Below, in pieces: positions 30,856 through 43,592 of a stretch of 64,000 nucleotides of DNA. How positions within the stretch are numbered: position 1 is the stretch's first letter; each line of letters opens with the position of its first letter. The translations under genes were made by a program, and so were the position numbers. The stretch is from an uncultured Clostridia bacterium (GTDB taxonomy: Bacteria > Bacillota > Clostridia > TANB77 > CAG-508). The stretch lies in the NCBI GenBank assembly GCA_963558405.1, contig CAUWGC010000008.1, positions 20,418-84,417 of the forward strand, given 5' to 3'. The notes below the pieces were generated by a model that was given only the letters and a program-made list of their open reading frames with translations, made no database searches and was not told where the DNA came from.

Positions 30856-33800
30856 TTGGGAAAAATAGTAGAAACAAGACAATTATATAAAGAAATGATG
30901 AGCGAAATTTCAAAAGATGAAACAAGTTGGAGAAATTTTTTAGATAGTAGTTCGTGGAATTTTAAGTATGATTTTGATGACCAAATTTTGATTTATGCAC
31001 AAAGACCAGATGCTCGAGCTTGTGCCTCAATGGAAGAATGGAACAAAAAGTTAAGAAGATGGGTAAATCGAAACACAAAACCAATATATGTTTTTGATAA
31101 AAATCCATATAGTGAATATCCATTTAGATTAGTATTTGATATATCAGATACACACAATTCAAGTAATACAGAATATAAATTATGGACTATAAAAGAAGAA
31201 TATGAGCAGGAAATAATTGAAAGTTTAGAGGCAAATTTTGGAGATATTAGCAGTAAAGAATCATTAGCTCAAGCAATAACACTTGCAAGTTATAATATGG
31301 TAGTAGATAATATAGAGGATTATTTAAGCAATATTATAGAAAATAAAAAGGGCTCTATGTTAGAAAATATGTCAGATGATGAAATAAAAACAATAGCTAC
31401 ATCAGTTGTATGGGCAAGTGTTTCATATATGATGATGACAAGATGTGGATTAAATGCAAAAGAGCAGGTTGATTTACAAGAATTTTTATATATTAAATAT
31501 TTTAATACTCAAGAAGTGCTAACAACACTTGGGGCAAGTGTAAGTGATATTGCAGAAACTGGATTAAGAGAAATTGCAAAAACAATTACAACTTTACAAA
31601 AAAATGAAAAATTAAAAAATAGTACAATTGAAAAAATAAACAAAGAGTTATATGCTAATGTCAAAGAAAAAAATGAAGGAGGAATTGAAAATGATAGAAA
31701 TCAAATACGAGAAACAGGGCGATTATTATATGCCAAATCTAGCAATGGAGAAAGAGAAAATTCCAACAGGGAAATACGCATTGATGAGGTACAATTATCT
31801 AAAGAATCACAAGAATTACGAATTGACAAGGCTAATAATGAACAAGGAATTGAAACAACACCTATCAGAGATACAGAAAATAGCAACAAAGAGAGTGAAC
31901 GAAATAGTAGAAAAATTAGCAATACAAGAGAATACGACAGAAGAATTGAAAGCCAAAGATCAGATGAAGTGGGTGGCTCTAATGAACAATTACAAGATGA
32001 CAGCAGAGGAGATAGTGGCAAGCGAACTAATTTATATTTAGAAAGAAATACTCAAAGAAGATTCATATCCAAAGAAGAACAAAAAAGTGATAAAGATTTT
32101 TTACAAGATAAATATACGAGTGCAATATTAGCAAATGCTCATAATTTGCGAGTAACAAGAGCAGAGATAAAAAAATTTTATAAAGAGCATTCCGATATAA
32201 ATGAAAGAGTAGAATATATAAAACAAGTATTTAATGATGATTATACAGAAATAGTAGTTGATGATGAAAGATTAGGCTATAAGACTTATGAAAATGTTTT
32301 ACATTTATGGAAAGACAGTTATTTAAGTAGAACGGCAGAAGTATATTACGATTGGGAGAGAATTGCTGAATATATTGAGGGAATGATAATTGTTAATGAA
32401 TTTAATGATATTCATAAACCAATACCTAGCTTTACAGACCAAATGCAAATATTATCAATGATAGAGGCAGAAAAAGAGCAAACTATATTTACTCAAGAGG
32501 CAATAGATACGGCATTACAAAGTGGTAGTCATTTTGAAGAAGGCAAATATAGAATATATAATCAATTTGAGCAAAGTCTTTCAAGTGAAGAAAATATTAA
32601 ATTTTTAAAACACGAATATGGAGATGGCGGAAGCAGTACAATTCATATTGGTACAAATATAGGCATAGAATTTAATGCTAAAGGTGTTACTTTATATCGT
32701 GGGTATGGAGAAAATAGTTCAAAATTATTTTTAACTTGGAACAAAGTAGAAAAAAGAATTGGAGAACTTATAAAACTCGATAGATACCTAAACTCAAAGG
32801 AAAAAGAAGAATATCCTAAATGGCAGGAAAGACAAGAACAAGAAAGGCAATTAAGAGAAAGTAAACAAAAAATATTAGAAGAAACTAAAAGGGCAAAAGA
32901 AGATAAAGAACAAGAAATAGCAGAAAGATTGCACGATTTTATAAGAGATTTTGACTTCTATAATTATATAGATAATACTGAATTTTATCGTTCAGAAAGT
33001 GATAATATTGATGCAATAAAAGCTGATATATCAGATAGAATGAATGTAAAAGACTATATAGATGCTTTAAAAAGTATTATAGAAGATGCAGAATTAGATA
33101 GTGAACAATTAGCAGAGGTTAATGACTTAATTGAAATACTAGAAGATAGAGTACCTAAATATGAATATCATTTAGGAGATAAAATTTATATTGGTGCAGA
33201 TGAATATGAATTTGCAGGAATTAATGATAATATTGTTACTTTATATGATTCAAAATTTCCTTTGTTTACTAAACAAATGGATTTTAAAGAGTTTGAAAGA
33301 AAAGTACAAGAAAATTATTCAAATGACCACCTAATAGTAAAAGAAAAATCAAATGATGTTATAGAACTACCTGTTATAGAAGAAACTAAAGAGTCAACTC
33401 AAATAGTAGATAATGATCTAAAAGAAGAAAAAATAGAATTAGTAAATAATAATAATAATATCGAAATAGTTGAAGAAATAAAACCAACATTTAATAAAAA
33501 AAGTAACAAAATACAAACTTTTGACTTACACCCAGAAATAAATGAAAGTGAAAGATTAAATTATAAAATAATAAATAATGATTTAGGAGTAGGAACACCG
33601 AGAGAAAAGTTTGAGAATAATATCCAAGCAATTAAAGTATTAAAAAAATGTGAACAAGAAAATAGGTATGCTACAAAAGAAGAACAAGAAATACTTTCAA
33701 AATATATAGGCTGGGGTGGATTGCAAGAGGCATTTGATGAAAATAATGATAGTTGGAGTAAAGAATACTCTATTTTAAAAGAATTATTAACAGATGAAGA

Positions 33801-36800
33801 ATATGTAACAGCAAGAGCGTCAACATTAACAGCTTTTTATACACCTCCAGTTGTAATAAATGCAATGTATAAAGCATTGCAAAATATGGGACTAAAAGAG
33901 GCAAATATATTAGAACCAAGTTGTGGAGTAGGCAATTTCTTTGGAATGTTACCAAATGAACTTGAAAATTGCAAAATGTATGGAGTTGAACTTGATAGTA
34001 TATCAGGAAGAATTGCACAGCAATTATATCAAAAAAATACAATAGCAGTGCAAGGATATGAAAAAGTTGATTTGCCAGATAGTTTCTTTGATGTAGCAGT
34101 AGGAAATGTTCCATTTGGAGATTTTAAGGTAATTGATAAGAGATATGATAGAAATAAGTTTTTAATTCACGACTATTTCTTTGGGAAAACTTTGGATAAA
34201 GTAAGACCACGGAGGAATAGTTGCTTTTATTAGCTCAAAAGGAACAATGGATAAACAAAATTCAGCTGTTAGAAAATATATTGCACAAAGAGCAGATTTA
34301 ATAGGTGCAATAAGATTACCAGATAATACTTTTACAAAGAATGCAGGTACAAAAGTAACATCAGATATTATTTTCTTAAAGAAAAGAGAAAATATGACTG
34401 ATATAATGCCAGACTGGGTATATTTAGATACTAATAAAGATGGTATTACAATGAATAAATATTTTGTAGACAATCCAGATATGATACTTGGAAATATGAC
34501 AATGGAAACTACTCGTTATGGTATGGATTCAGCTTGTAAGGCTTATGATGGAATAGAATTAGAAACATTGTTAAATGAGGCGATAGAACATATTAACGGA
34601 GAAATAACAGAAGTTGAATATGGAGATATTGAAGAAAGAGAAGAAACATTTTTGCCAGCAGACCCTAATGTTAAGAACTTTTCATATACAATGGTAGATG
34701 GAAAAGTATATTTTAGAGAAAATAGTATAATGGCAGAGCAAGACCTACCAGTTACAACAATAAATAGAATAAAAGGAATGATTGAACTTCGTGATAGTGT
34801 AAGAGAATTGATAGATTTGCAGACAGATGATTTTCCAGAAGAAAATATAAAAGCAGCACAAGTAAAATTAAATAGAGTATATGATAATTTTACTAGAAAA
34901 TATGGGATTATAAATTCTAGGGGAAATCGTTTAGCATTTGAGGCTGATAGTAGTTACTATTTATTATGTTCTTTAGAAGTATTTGATAAAGATGGCAAAT
35001 TTCTTAGAAAAGCAGATATGTTCAATAAAAGAACAATTAAGGCATACAAAGAAGTAACAAGCGTAGATACAGCAAATGAGGCTTTAATTGTTTCAATGTC
35101 AGAAAAAGCAAGTGTTGATTTAGAATATATGTCAAAACTAACAAATAAAACGCAAGAAGAACTTGTGAAAGAACTTGATGGAATTATATTTAAAGTTCCA
35201 ATGGAGGACAATAAGTATGTAACAGCAGATGAGTATTTAAGTGGTAATGTTAGAGAAAAATTAAAACTTGCTGAGGCGTTAGTAGAAACACAACCAGAAT
35301 TTAAAACTAATGTTGAAGCATTGAAACAAGTTATTCCAAAAGAGTTAACAGCAAGTGAAATTGGAATTAAATTAGGTGCAACTTGGATACCAACAAATGT
35401 TATTCAAGATTTTATGTATGAATTATTAGATACGCCTAATCACGCACAATGGGAAATGAAAGTAAAATTTAGTTCAATTAATTCACAGTGGTATATAACA
35501 AATAAAAACTATGATTATAGAAATGTAAAAGCAAACAAGTCTTATGGTACAAAAAGAATAAATGCTTATGAAATTATAGAAAAAACATTGAATTTAAAAG
35601 AAGTAAGAATATTTGATACAGTCATAAATGCAGATGGAAATAAAGAAAGAGTTTTTAATGCTCAAGAAACGGCGATTGCTCAAGCAAAACAAGACCAAAT
35701 AAAACAAGAATTTGAAAACTGGATATGGAAAGAACCAGAAAGACGACAAGAATTAGTTAAATTGTATAATGAAAGATTTAATAGTATTAGACCTAGAGAA
35801 TACGATGGAAGTCATTTAAACCTTTCTGGTATAAATCCAGAAATAACATTAATGCCACATCAAAAAAATGCAGTAGCACACGGATTGTATGGTAGAAATA
35901 CATTATTAGCTCACGAAGTACGGAGCTGGTAAGACATTTGAAATGGTAACAATAGCAATGGAAAGTAAAAGGCTTGGATTAAGTAACAAGTCTTTATTTG
36001 TTGTGCCGAATCATATTATAGAGCAATTTGCAAGTGAATTTTTACAATTATATCCCAGTGCAAACATTATGGTAGCAACTAAAAAAGATTTTACCGCAGC
36101 TAACAGAAAAAAGTTTTGTAGTAGGATTGCAACAGGAGATTTTGACGCAGTAATAATTGGACATTCACAATTTGAAAGAATACCAATGTCAATTGAAAGA
36201 CAACAGATATTATTAGAAGATCAAATAACATCAATATTAAGTGCAATAGAAGATGCAAAAAGAGATAGAGCAGAGAATTTTACAGTAAAACAAATGGAAA
36301 AAACAAGAAAATCTTTAGAGGCTAAAATTGAAAAATTAAATAAACAAGAAAGAAAAGATGATGTTGTTAATTTTGAACAATTAGGTGTAGACAAACTATT
36401 TGTAGACGAGGCACATAATTATAAGAATTGTGCGAGACGTTGTTATATAAGATAGTTTAACAAACGTATCGAAAATAACCGACTGAAATCACTTGGAAAC
36501 AAGAATGAGCAGTTAGAACTTAAATTTCAAATTAAGGGTGAAATCCCCTTGCCATACAGAACTTATGCCGATGAAGATATGTTAAAATCTGAGGCAGTAT
36601 GAGAGATAATACTCCACTATGCAGATACAACTGTTATTTGTAAATGTATAAAGCGTGGAAAAGACGTAACTTGAATACCTAAACTTATTGTAAAATAAGC
36701 AAGGAATATATAGTGCGGTCTTCCGAAAACTATGGTTACTCGTTAGAGAAAGCTATGCAGTATCGAAAGAGTAGGACTTCCGAAAGGAAGATAGTATTAG

Positions 36801-39800
36801 AAAGAATTATATTGTTGGTTTTTCAATATAATTCGGCTAGTTTGAAATATCTAGTCGAGATATACAATAACTAAAGTTCAAAGTATATCAGTATTCTACG
36901 GTATAAGGTAGCGACCTAAGGTTTTCAAGTAATTAAAATTACACAAGGATAGAAATTTAGGAACGTTTGAGAGTTGATATTTGGAGCTATAACAGGGCTA
37001 TGAAGAATATCAAAAGTCAGCAGTCTCATAGTAGTCAGAGATTGGGAAAGCCAATTACAATAACTGAAATGTTAGAGGCGAAGGAGATTAGTCAAATTAA
37101 TTTACAGATTTTGCGAAGAAAATTTAAAAGCTCCCTGAAATATGGGCGACGAACACAGTCAAAGGAGGAAAATCATTGCAACTAAACGTCAAATTTTCAA
37201 GCGAAAAAGATTTAAAAAGTTTTCAAGACTTTCTTTATAAAAAGTCAAAACAAAATATGGCATTCACAGGGCTAATCGAAGCTATATCAAATGAACAAAC
37301 AATTACTACAGCAATTCATAACATAAAAAGCAACACAGGCAGTAAAACAAGTGGCATTGATAAAGCTAAAATTGATAAATATTTACAAATGCCAAAACAA
37401 GATTTAATGGAATTAGTTAAAAAGAACATTGAAAATTACAAACCTAAACCAGTTAAAAGAATATACATTAAAAAGCGTAATGGAAAATTGAGACCACTCG
37501 GTATTCCAACAATAATTGATAGAATAATTCAAGAATGTATAAGACTTATAATAGAACCAATATGTGAAGCAAGATTTTACCCACACAGTTACGGATTTAG
37601 ACCTTATAGAGCCCAAAAGCACGCAATTAGAGATATAACAAATATTATTACAGCTTCTTGTAGGTCAGACCAACAACCAGTATTTGCAGTAGAGGGCGAT
37701 ATCAAAGGGTGTTTCGATAATATAAATCATAGAATATTATTAGGTAAATTATGGAATATTGGAATACACGATAAAAGACTTTTAAAAATTATAAGTCTTA
37801 TGTTAAAAGTTGGATATATGGAAAAACAAGAATTATACGAAAATGAAGTTGGAACAAGTCAAGGCAGTATATTATCACCATTGTTAGCTAATGTATATTT
37901 AAACGGCTTTGATTGGTATATTGGGCGAAAATACTATGAACCAGTTCAAACATTAAAAAGAATTGATAATGACAGAAGAAAATTGAGGTGGAACGGAGTT
38001 ATACCAAAGTTCAACATACGTTTTGCAGATGATTGGGTAATATTAACATCTACAGAAAATGAAGCAATTAGATTAAAAGAAGAATTGACAGATTATTTTA
38101 AATATAAACTAAAACTTGAACTATCTGAGGAAAAGACTAAAATTACTGACCTTAGAAAAGACGGAATAAAGTTTTTAGGTTACATTATTAAAGCAGAAAA
38201 ACCAAGACGAACACCAGCAGACAAGACACCTAAACAATTTCTTGTAGGTAAACCTAGACCAGATATGGAAAGAGTTACCGAAAAGATTAAAAATATATGT
38301 GAAACTATAAGGACTATAAAAGGTTGTCCGTCAGAGGAAACAAAGGCTTTAATTATAATGAAAGTCAACTCAAAAATTCTAGGACTAGCTGAATATTTAA
38401 AATTTGGTATAAGTTCAAAAGCATTTCACGCAATAGATAGACGTGTAAATAATAGTTGTTTATCAGTATGGAAAAGGGAATATCCTAATGCTTATAATCA
38501 AATGCAAATACCTTTAAAAGATTTGAGCAACTTGAAAGAAAGGCACGAGGGACATAAGAGCCAAACATTTGCAATTAAGATAAACGATAAATGGATAGGC
38601 GTAACTATGGCATTCTTAACTCATATAAAATATGAAGTAAAACCATATAATCAGAAAATGACACCATACACAGTAGAGGGACGAAGGATTTACGTTAATT
38701 ACAGAAATAAACACAAACCACTACCTAAAGATAGACCGACAATATTTACTGAAAATGATTTCACTCAAACTAATGGTATATATAATTTTGAATATTATAT
38801 GAATAGAGAATATGCATATAACAGAGATAAAGGGAAATGCAAATGCTGTAGTAAAATTCTGATATACAATTCTAAAACTTGTCATCACATTAATAATAAT
38901 TTACCAATAGATAAAATCAATAAGGTATCAAATTTAGTTTGGGTATGTAATGCTTGTTACAATGCAATACATACAGGACTAATTCCAGTAAATACAGAAA
39001 CTAAAACAATAAATAAAATATTAAAATACCAAGCAAAATTAAATGCAAAATCTGTAAGTAGCAACTAAATCGTGAGATTAGTTGTATATCGAAAATCGAA
39101 TGAGATTAGTAGGTTAATTTGATGGAACGCCGTGTGCAATGAAAGTTGCACGCACGGTGTGAAGTGGGGGAAAAGTCGGAGATTATATCAAAGACTTACC
39201 TATCACTATTATTTTTATATACAAAAATGCACAATGTAAGTGGAATTGCACAAACAGATGCACAAAAAAGTTCTGATATGTTTATGAAATGTAGATATTT
39301 AGATGAGATTACAGGAGGAAAAGGAATTGTTTTTGCGACAGGAACACCTGTATCTAATAGTATGGTTGAACTATATACTATGCAAAGATATTTGCAATAT
39401 GGAGATTTAGTAAAATTAGGACTTGAAAATTTTGATAATTGGGCGAGTATATTTGGAGAAACGGTAACGACAATGGAATTAAATCCAGAGGGAACAGGTT
39501 ATCGTTCAAAAACGAGTTTTGCAAAATTTCATAATTTACCAGAATTGATGAATTTATTTAAAGAAGTAGCAGATATAAAGACAGCAGATACTTTAAATCT
39601 TCCAACACCAGAAGTTGAAAAGCATAATGTTTTAATAAAACCTAGTCCAATGCAAAAAGATATGGTCAAAGACCTAGGAGAGAGAGCTGAAAAAATTAGA
39701 GGTGGAAGTGTTGACCCAAGTATAGACAATATGCTAAAAATAACTAACGAGGGAAGAAAACTTGCGTTAGAACAAAGACTTATGAATCCTATGTTAGAGG

Positions 39801-41130
39801 ATTATGAAGAAAGTAAAGCTAATGTATGTGCTAATAATATTTATAATATTTGGGAAGATACCAAGGAAAAGAAACTAACGCAATTAGTATTTTGTGATTT
39901 ATCAACACCAAAACAAAATGTAGAAAAATTCGATGAAGATGGAAATTATGTATTTACAGATGTATATAATGATTTACGAAGAAAGCTAGTTTTAAAAGGT
40001 ATTCCGAGAGAAGAAGTTGCTTTTATTCACGAGGCTGACAATGAAAATAAAAAGAAAGAATTATTTACTAAAGTGAGAAATGGAGAAATAAGAGTTTTAA
40101 TTGGTAGCACAGCAAAATGTGGAGCTGGTACAAATATACAGGATAAACTTATTGCAATACACCATATTGATACACCTTATAGACCAGCAGATTTAACGCA
40201 AAGAAATCGGCAGACGGAATAAGGCAGGGAAATCAAAATCCTAAAATTCATATATATACTTATGTAACAGAAGAAACATTTGATGTATATATGTTTCAAA
40301 TGCTAGAAAAAAAGCAAAGTTTTATATCACAAATAATGACCTCAAAGACTCCAGTTAGAACAGCAGATGATATAGATGAAAAAGCACTAAGTTATGGAGA
40401 AATAAAAGCATTAGCAACAGGAAATCCACATATACTTGAAAAAACACAATTAGATTCGGAAATTGCTAAACTAAATATTGTAAAACAAAGCTATTTAAGT
40501 CAAATATATGATTTACAGGATAAAATTACCAAAACATATCCTCAACAAATAAAAGAGGCAGAAGAACGAATAAAGGCAATGGAAGATGATGTAAAGTGTT
40601 TAGAAGAAAATACAGAGTCTAATGCAGACAAATTTTCAAAGATGGTATTAAAAGGCATTGAATACACTGACAAAGAGCAAGCTGGAAAAGCATTACTTGA
40701 AGTTTGTAAAACAAAAACAAATCCAGATCAAGAAATTGTAGGAGAATATAGAGGATTTAAACTGGAACTAGGATTTAATTCTATCGAAAAACAATTTACT
40801 ATGACTATGAAAAACAATTTTAGTCATAGTATTTTTTTAGGTAATGATGTTTATGGGAATTTACAAAGAATTGATAATAAATTAGAGAGTATAAGTGATA
40901 AAATTCCAGATTTAAAGCTACAAATAGAAGATTTAAACAAACAACTTGAAAATGCAAAAATAGAGGTAGAAAAACCATTTCCACAAGAACAAGAATTAAA
41001 AGACAAAATGAAACAATTAGAAGAAGTAAATATATTATTAAAAATAAATGAAAAAGAAAAACAAGTTTTAAATACTTCAAATACTGAAGAATTTGAACAA
41101 GAACAAGAAGAAAAAAATCGTGAAAGATAA
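30856..41130 (+). CDS. Giant N6-adenine methylase/SNF2 helicase (DarB-like) gene; needs four CGG +1 shifts (34210, 35921, 40208, 40215) and splicing of intron 36430-39209
   Basis: LEPSCGVGNF, GNVPF, restored VRP-GGIVAFI, HEV-GAGKT (Walker A), DEAHNYKN|LFLYTKM, FATGTPVSNS, QRN-GR-GIRQGN. Confidence 0.9.
31691..32041 (+). CDS. TnpV-like protein nested out of frame inside the helicase gene
   Basis: SD gaaggagg; YEKQGDYYMPNL..GKYALMRYNYLKNH..EELKAKDQMKWVALMNN..AEEIV..ELIY resembles TnpV. Confidence 0.75.
   Translation: MIEIKYEKQGDYYMPNLAMEKEKIPTGKYALMRYNYLKNHKNYELTRLIMNKELKQHLSEIQKIATKRVNEIVEKLAIQENTTEELKAKDQMKWVALMNNYKMTAEEIVASELIYI
36430..39209 (+). mobile_element. Group II intron 1, inserted in the helicase gene just after the DEAH box
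   Basis: 5' GTGCG; domain V ggaacgccgtgtgcaatgaaagttgcacgcacggtgtg; 3' ...cctatcactAT; exons rejoin as KN-L-FLYTKM. Confidence 0.93.
37176..39068 (+). CDS. ltrA: Group II intron reverse transcriptase/maturase with HNH-like C-terminus
   Basis: RPLGIPTIIDR, SYGFRPYR, GDIKGCFDNI, SQGSILSPLLAN, RFADD, C..C..HH..C..C; TTG start after aggagg. Confidence 0.95.
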   Translation: MQLNVKFSSEKDLKSFQDFLYKKSKQNMAFTGLIEAISNEQTITTAIHNIKSNTGSKTSGIDKAKIDKYLQMPKQDLMELVKKNIENYKPKPVKRIYIKKRNGKLRPLGIPTIIDRIIQECIRLIIEPICEARFYPHSYGFRPYRAQKHAIRDITNIITASCRSDQQPVFAVEGDIKGCFDNINHRILLGKLWNIGIHDKRLLKIISLMLKVGYMEKQELYENEVGTSQGSILSPLLANVYLNGFDWYIGRKYYEPVQTLKRIDNDRRKLRWNGVIPKFNIRFADDWVILTSTENEAIRLKEELTDYFKYKLKLELSEEKTKITDLRKDGIKFLGYIIKAEKPRRTPADKTPKQFLVGKPRPDMERVTEKIKNICETIRTIKGCPSEETKALIIMKVNSKILGLAEYLKFGISSKAFHAIDRRVNNSCLSVWKREYPNAYNQMQIPLKDLSNLKERHEGHKSQTFAIKINDKWIGVTMAFLTHIKYEVKPYNQKMTPYTVEGRRIYVNYRNKHKPLPKDRPTIFTENDFTQTNGIYNFEYYMNREYAYNRDKGKCKCCSKILIYNSKTCHHINNNLPIDKINKVSNLVWVCNACYNAIHTGLIPVNTETKTINKILKYQAKLNAKSVSSN

Positions 41131-41223
41131 TGTCAAATGTGTAAATTAAAATAAAAATAATAATTTGTACATTTTTATTTTCTTGCAAAATATAATAAGA
41201 TTTTTGACAAGGAGGTAATAGAA

Positions 41224-41856
41224 ATGAACGATTTTGAAAAATTAATGAAAAATCCCATAGTAGATAGAATATGGGAATGTGAAAAAGAAGAATATGAAAC
41301 TTATATTATTAAATTAGAAAAAGACAAAAGAGAGTTTTATATTGATGAAAAATTAGAGGAAGAAATACAAAAATTTCTTGAGAAAAGTTTATCTTTAGAA
41401 AAATTTGAAGAATATAAGTATCTTTATAGAAAATTTTGCAAAGCCTATACAGAGGAAATAGAATATTGGATAAAAAAATATTTTAGTTCTGGTTTCTTTG
41501 ATGGAATAAGGTTGTATGATGAACTTTCGTGTTATATGTCCGAAAAGCAACAAAAAACAGATACATTTTTTAATTATAATGAGAATTGTTTTACAGAATA
41601 TATAGTTAATGCTAAATTTAAAAAACTATTAAAAAATGAAGAATATAGAAAGTTAGATAATGAAATAAAAAATATAAAGAAAAAATATCCAAGGGTGCAA
41701 GATTTTTTGGAAGAAGAAATAATCGAAGATATTACAGATGAGGAACAAAAGGCTATTATAGAAATCATAAACCTAGAAAATTCAATAAATAATATTTCGG
41801 ATAAAATTGTTTATAAGTTAGGAATGAGTGAAAACAATTGGAAGATGATATTATAA
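41224..41856 (+). CDS. Hypothetical protein
   Basis: SD aggaggt, 210-aa ORF. Confidence 0.75.
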   Translation: MNDFEKLMKNPIVDRIWECEKEEYETYIIKLEKDKREFYIDEKLEEEIQKFLEKSLSLEKFEEYKYLYRKFCKAYTEEIEYWIKKYFSSGFFDGIRLYDELSCYMSEKQQKTDTFFNYNENCFTEYIVNAKFKKLLKNEEYRKLDNEIKNIKKKYPRVQDFLEEEIIEDITDEEQKAIIEIINLENSINNISDKIVYKLGMSENNWKMIL

Positions 41857-41892
41857 AAAAATTATTGTTTATATAATCAAAATGTATAATTT

Positions 41893-41919
41893 AGACAGGA
41901 GAAATTCTGTCTTTTTTTT
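41893..41919 (+). terminator. Intrinsic terminator
   Basis: agacagga-gaaa-ttctgtct followed by T run. Confidence 0.65.
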
Positions 41920-41952
41920 GTTTTAAAAATATAAAAAAAGGAGGCGAGTTTT

Positions 41953-42918
41953 ATTCCATATACACCACCAGAAATTGTTGAAGAAATTAAAAAAATTGAT
42001 TTACTAACATATTTACAAAATTATGAGCCAGAAGAATTAGTAAGAGTTGGAACAAACACATACACTACAAAAACACACGATAGTATAAGGATAAGTAATG
42101 GATTATGGAATTGGTTTTCAAGAGGAATTGGTGGTAGAAGTGCGGTCGATTATATTAAGGAAGAGAAAAATTTATCATTCAAAGAAGCTATTGATTATAT
42201 TGCAGAAAAAACACAAATTCAAAGACCATTTGTTTATCAAAATCAAGTAGAAAAGAGAGAAAAGGAATTTATTTTACCTTTAAAAAATGATAGTAATAAT
42301 CGAGCAAAAAATTATCTAATTAAACGAGGTATTGATGCAGAAATAGTTGAAGAATGTATAAAAAATAATCTGATTTATGAAGAAAAAAACAATCACAATG
42401 TAGTTTTTGTAGGGTACGATAAAAATAAAAAAGCACGATATGCTTTTTGTCGAGCAACAAATGATATTAGATTTATGAAAGATAGTCAAGGAAGTGATAA
42501 AACATATACTTTTAGATTAACTTCCAATTCAAAAAATAATAGAGTTCATTTATTTGAAAGTGCAATAGATTTATTATCTTATGCAACATTAATGAAACAA
42601 AAGAACTTAGATTATCATAAAGAAAATATGATTTCATTAGCAGGTGTTTTTAAGCCATCTGAGCATATAGAAAATATAAAATTGCCAACGGCAATTACAA
42701 ATTTTCTTGAGGAAAATGCAAATATAAATGAAATTTATTTGCATTTAGATAATGACGAAGTTGGAAGAAAAGCAAGTGAAAGTTTGGTACAGATTTTATC
42801 AAAAAAATATAAAGTTTATGATAGACCAGCACCACTTGGAAAGGATTGTAATGACTATCTAAAATATATAATTCAATCAAGAAATTTTAATAAGAATACT
42901 AAAGAAAGAGTACGATAA
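41953..42918 (+). CDS. DUF3991/TOPRIM primase-like protein (ATT start)
   Basis: Open frame from ATT 41953 (PYTPPEIVEEIKKIDLLTYLQNYEP) after aggagg; HDSIRIS..WNWFSRG, FESAIDLLSY, LDNDEVG, KDCND. Confidence 0.88.
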   Translation: MPYTPPEIVEEIKKIDLLTYLQNYEPEELVRVGTNTYTTKTHDSIRISNGLWNWFSRGIGGRSAVDYIKEEKNLSFKEAIDYIAEKTQIQRPFVYQNQVEKREKEFILPLKNDSNNRAKNYLIKRGIDAEIVEECIKNNLIYEEKNNHNVVFVGYDKNKKARYAFCRATNDIRFMKDSQGSDKTYTFRLTSNSKNNRVHLFESAIDLLSYATLMKQKNLDYHKENMISLAGVFKPSEHIENIKLPTAITNFLEENANINEIYLHLDNDEVGRKASESLVQILSKKYKVYDRPAPLGKDCNDYLKYIIQSRNFNKNTKERVR

Positions 42919-42957
42919 AAATTAAAAAATAAAATTAAAATTGGAGGAATTTAGATA

Positions 42958-43458
42958 ATGAACAAATATAAAGTGGAAATAAAAGAAGTATTAAAAAAGG
43001 AAATTATATTAGAGGCAGAAACACCACAAGATGCTTTGGATTTTTTAGAAAAGGTATATTTTAAATCAAATATTTTAAATTTTGATGACAAAGATATTGA
43101 AACAGTTGAAACTGAAGTTTTAGAAGAAAATGGAGAAAAAATAAAAGACAAATACGAAAATTATGAAGATGAGAATTGTGAAAATGAAGAATTTTATGGA
43201 GCAGACTTAGAAGAAATTGACGCAAGATTAGATGATATAGATGATATTTTATTTGAAATAAAAAAATCAGAAAATTATATAGATAACAAAATGAATACAA
43301 TAAAAGAAATTACAGAAAATACTGAAAAAAATTTAGAAGAATTTAATGAAAATTTTGAACAAACTATAATTCCAAATTTTATAGAAATTTGCGAAAAAAC
43401 TATAAAAAATGCAAAGAAAAAAACAGCAAAAAAGACAACAAAAACAAGTAAAAAATAA
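42958..43458 (+). CDS. Acidic protein with DpnD/PcfM-like N-terminus
   Basis: KYKVEIKEVLKKEIILEAETPQDALD..Y N-terminus. Confidence 0.55.
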   Translation: MNKYKVEIKEVLKKEIILEAETPQDALDFLEKVYFKSNILNFDDKDIETVETEVLEENGEKIKDKYENYEDENCENEEFYGADLEEIDARLDDIDDILFEIKKSENYIDNKMNTIKEITENTEKNLEEFNENFEQTIIPNFIEICEKTIKNAKKKTAKKTTKTSKK

Positions 43459-43468
43459 TCTTTTTTTA

Positions 43469-43553
43469 GGGGATTGGACTAAAATTAGTGTCCTAGCAAG
43501 CACTGAATTTGTCTACACGCCAAATTCTTAACTATGGGGACACCCCAATCCCC
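43469..43553. other. Candidate origin of transfer (oriT)
   Basis: GC-richer intergenic segment with ggggattgg/ccaatcccc and gaatttg/caaattc inverted repeats directly upstream of mobC-relaxase. Confidence 0.5.
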
Positions 43554-43592
43554 TTTTATAAAATAATTAAAAGAAAGAGATGAGTATATTAA

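Noticed and set aside
36967-37185. 72-aa ORF upstream of the intron 1 RT
   Set aside because: It lies within the structured intron RNA and has no recognisable protein features.
39146-39209. N-terminus MHARCEVGEKSEIISKTYLSL of ORF 39146-40222
   Set aside because: It is a translation of intron domains V/VI; the exon resumes at 39210.
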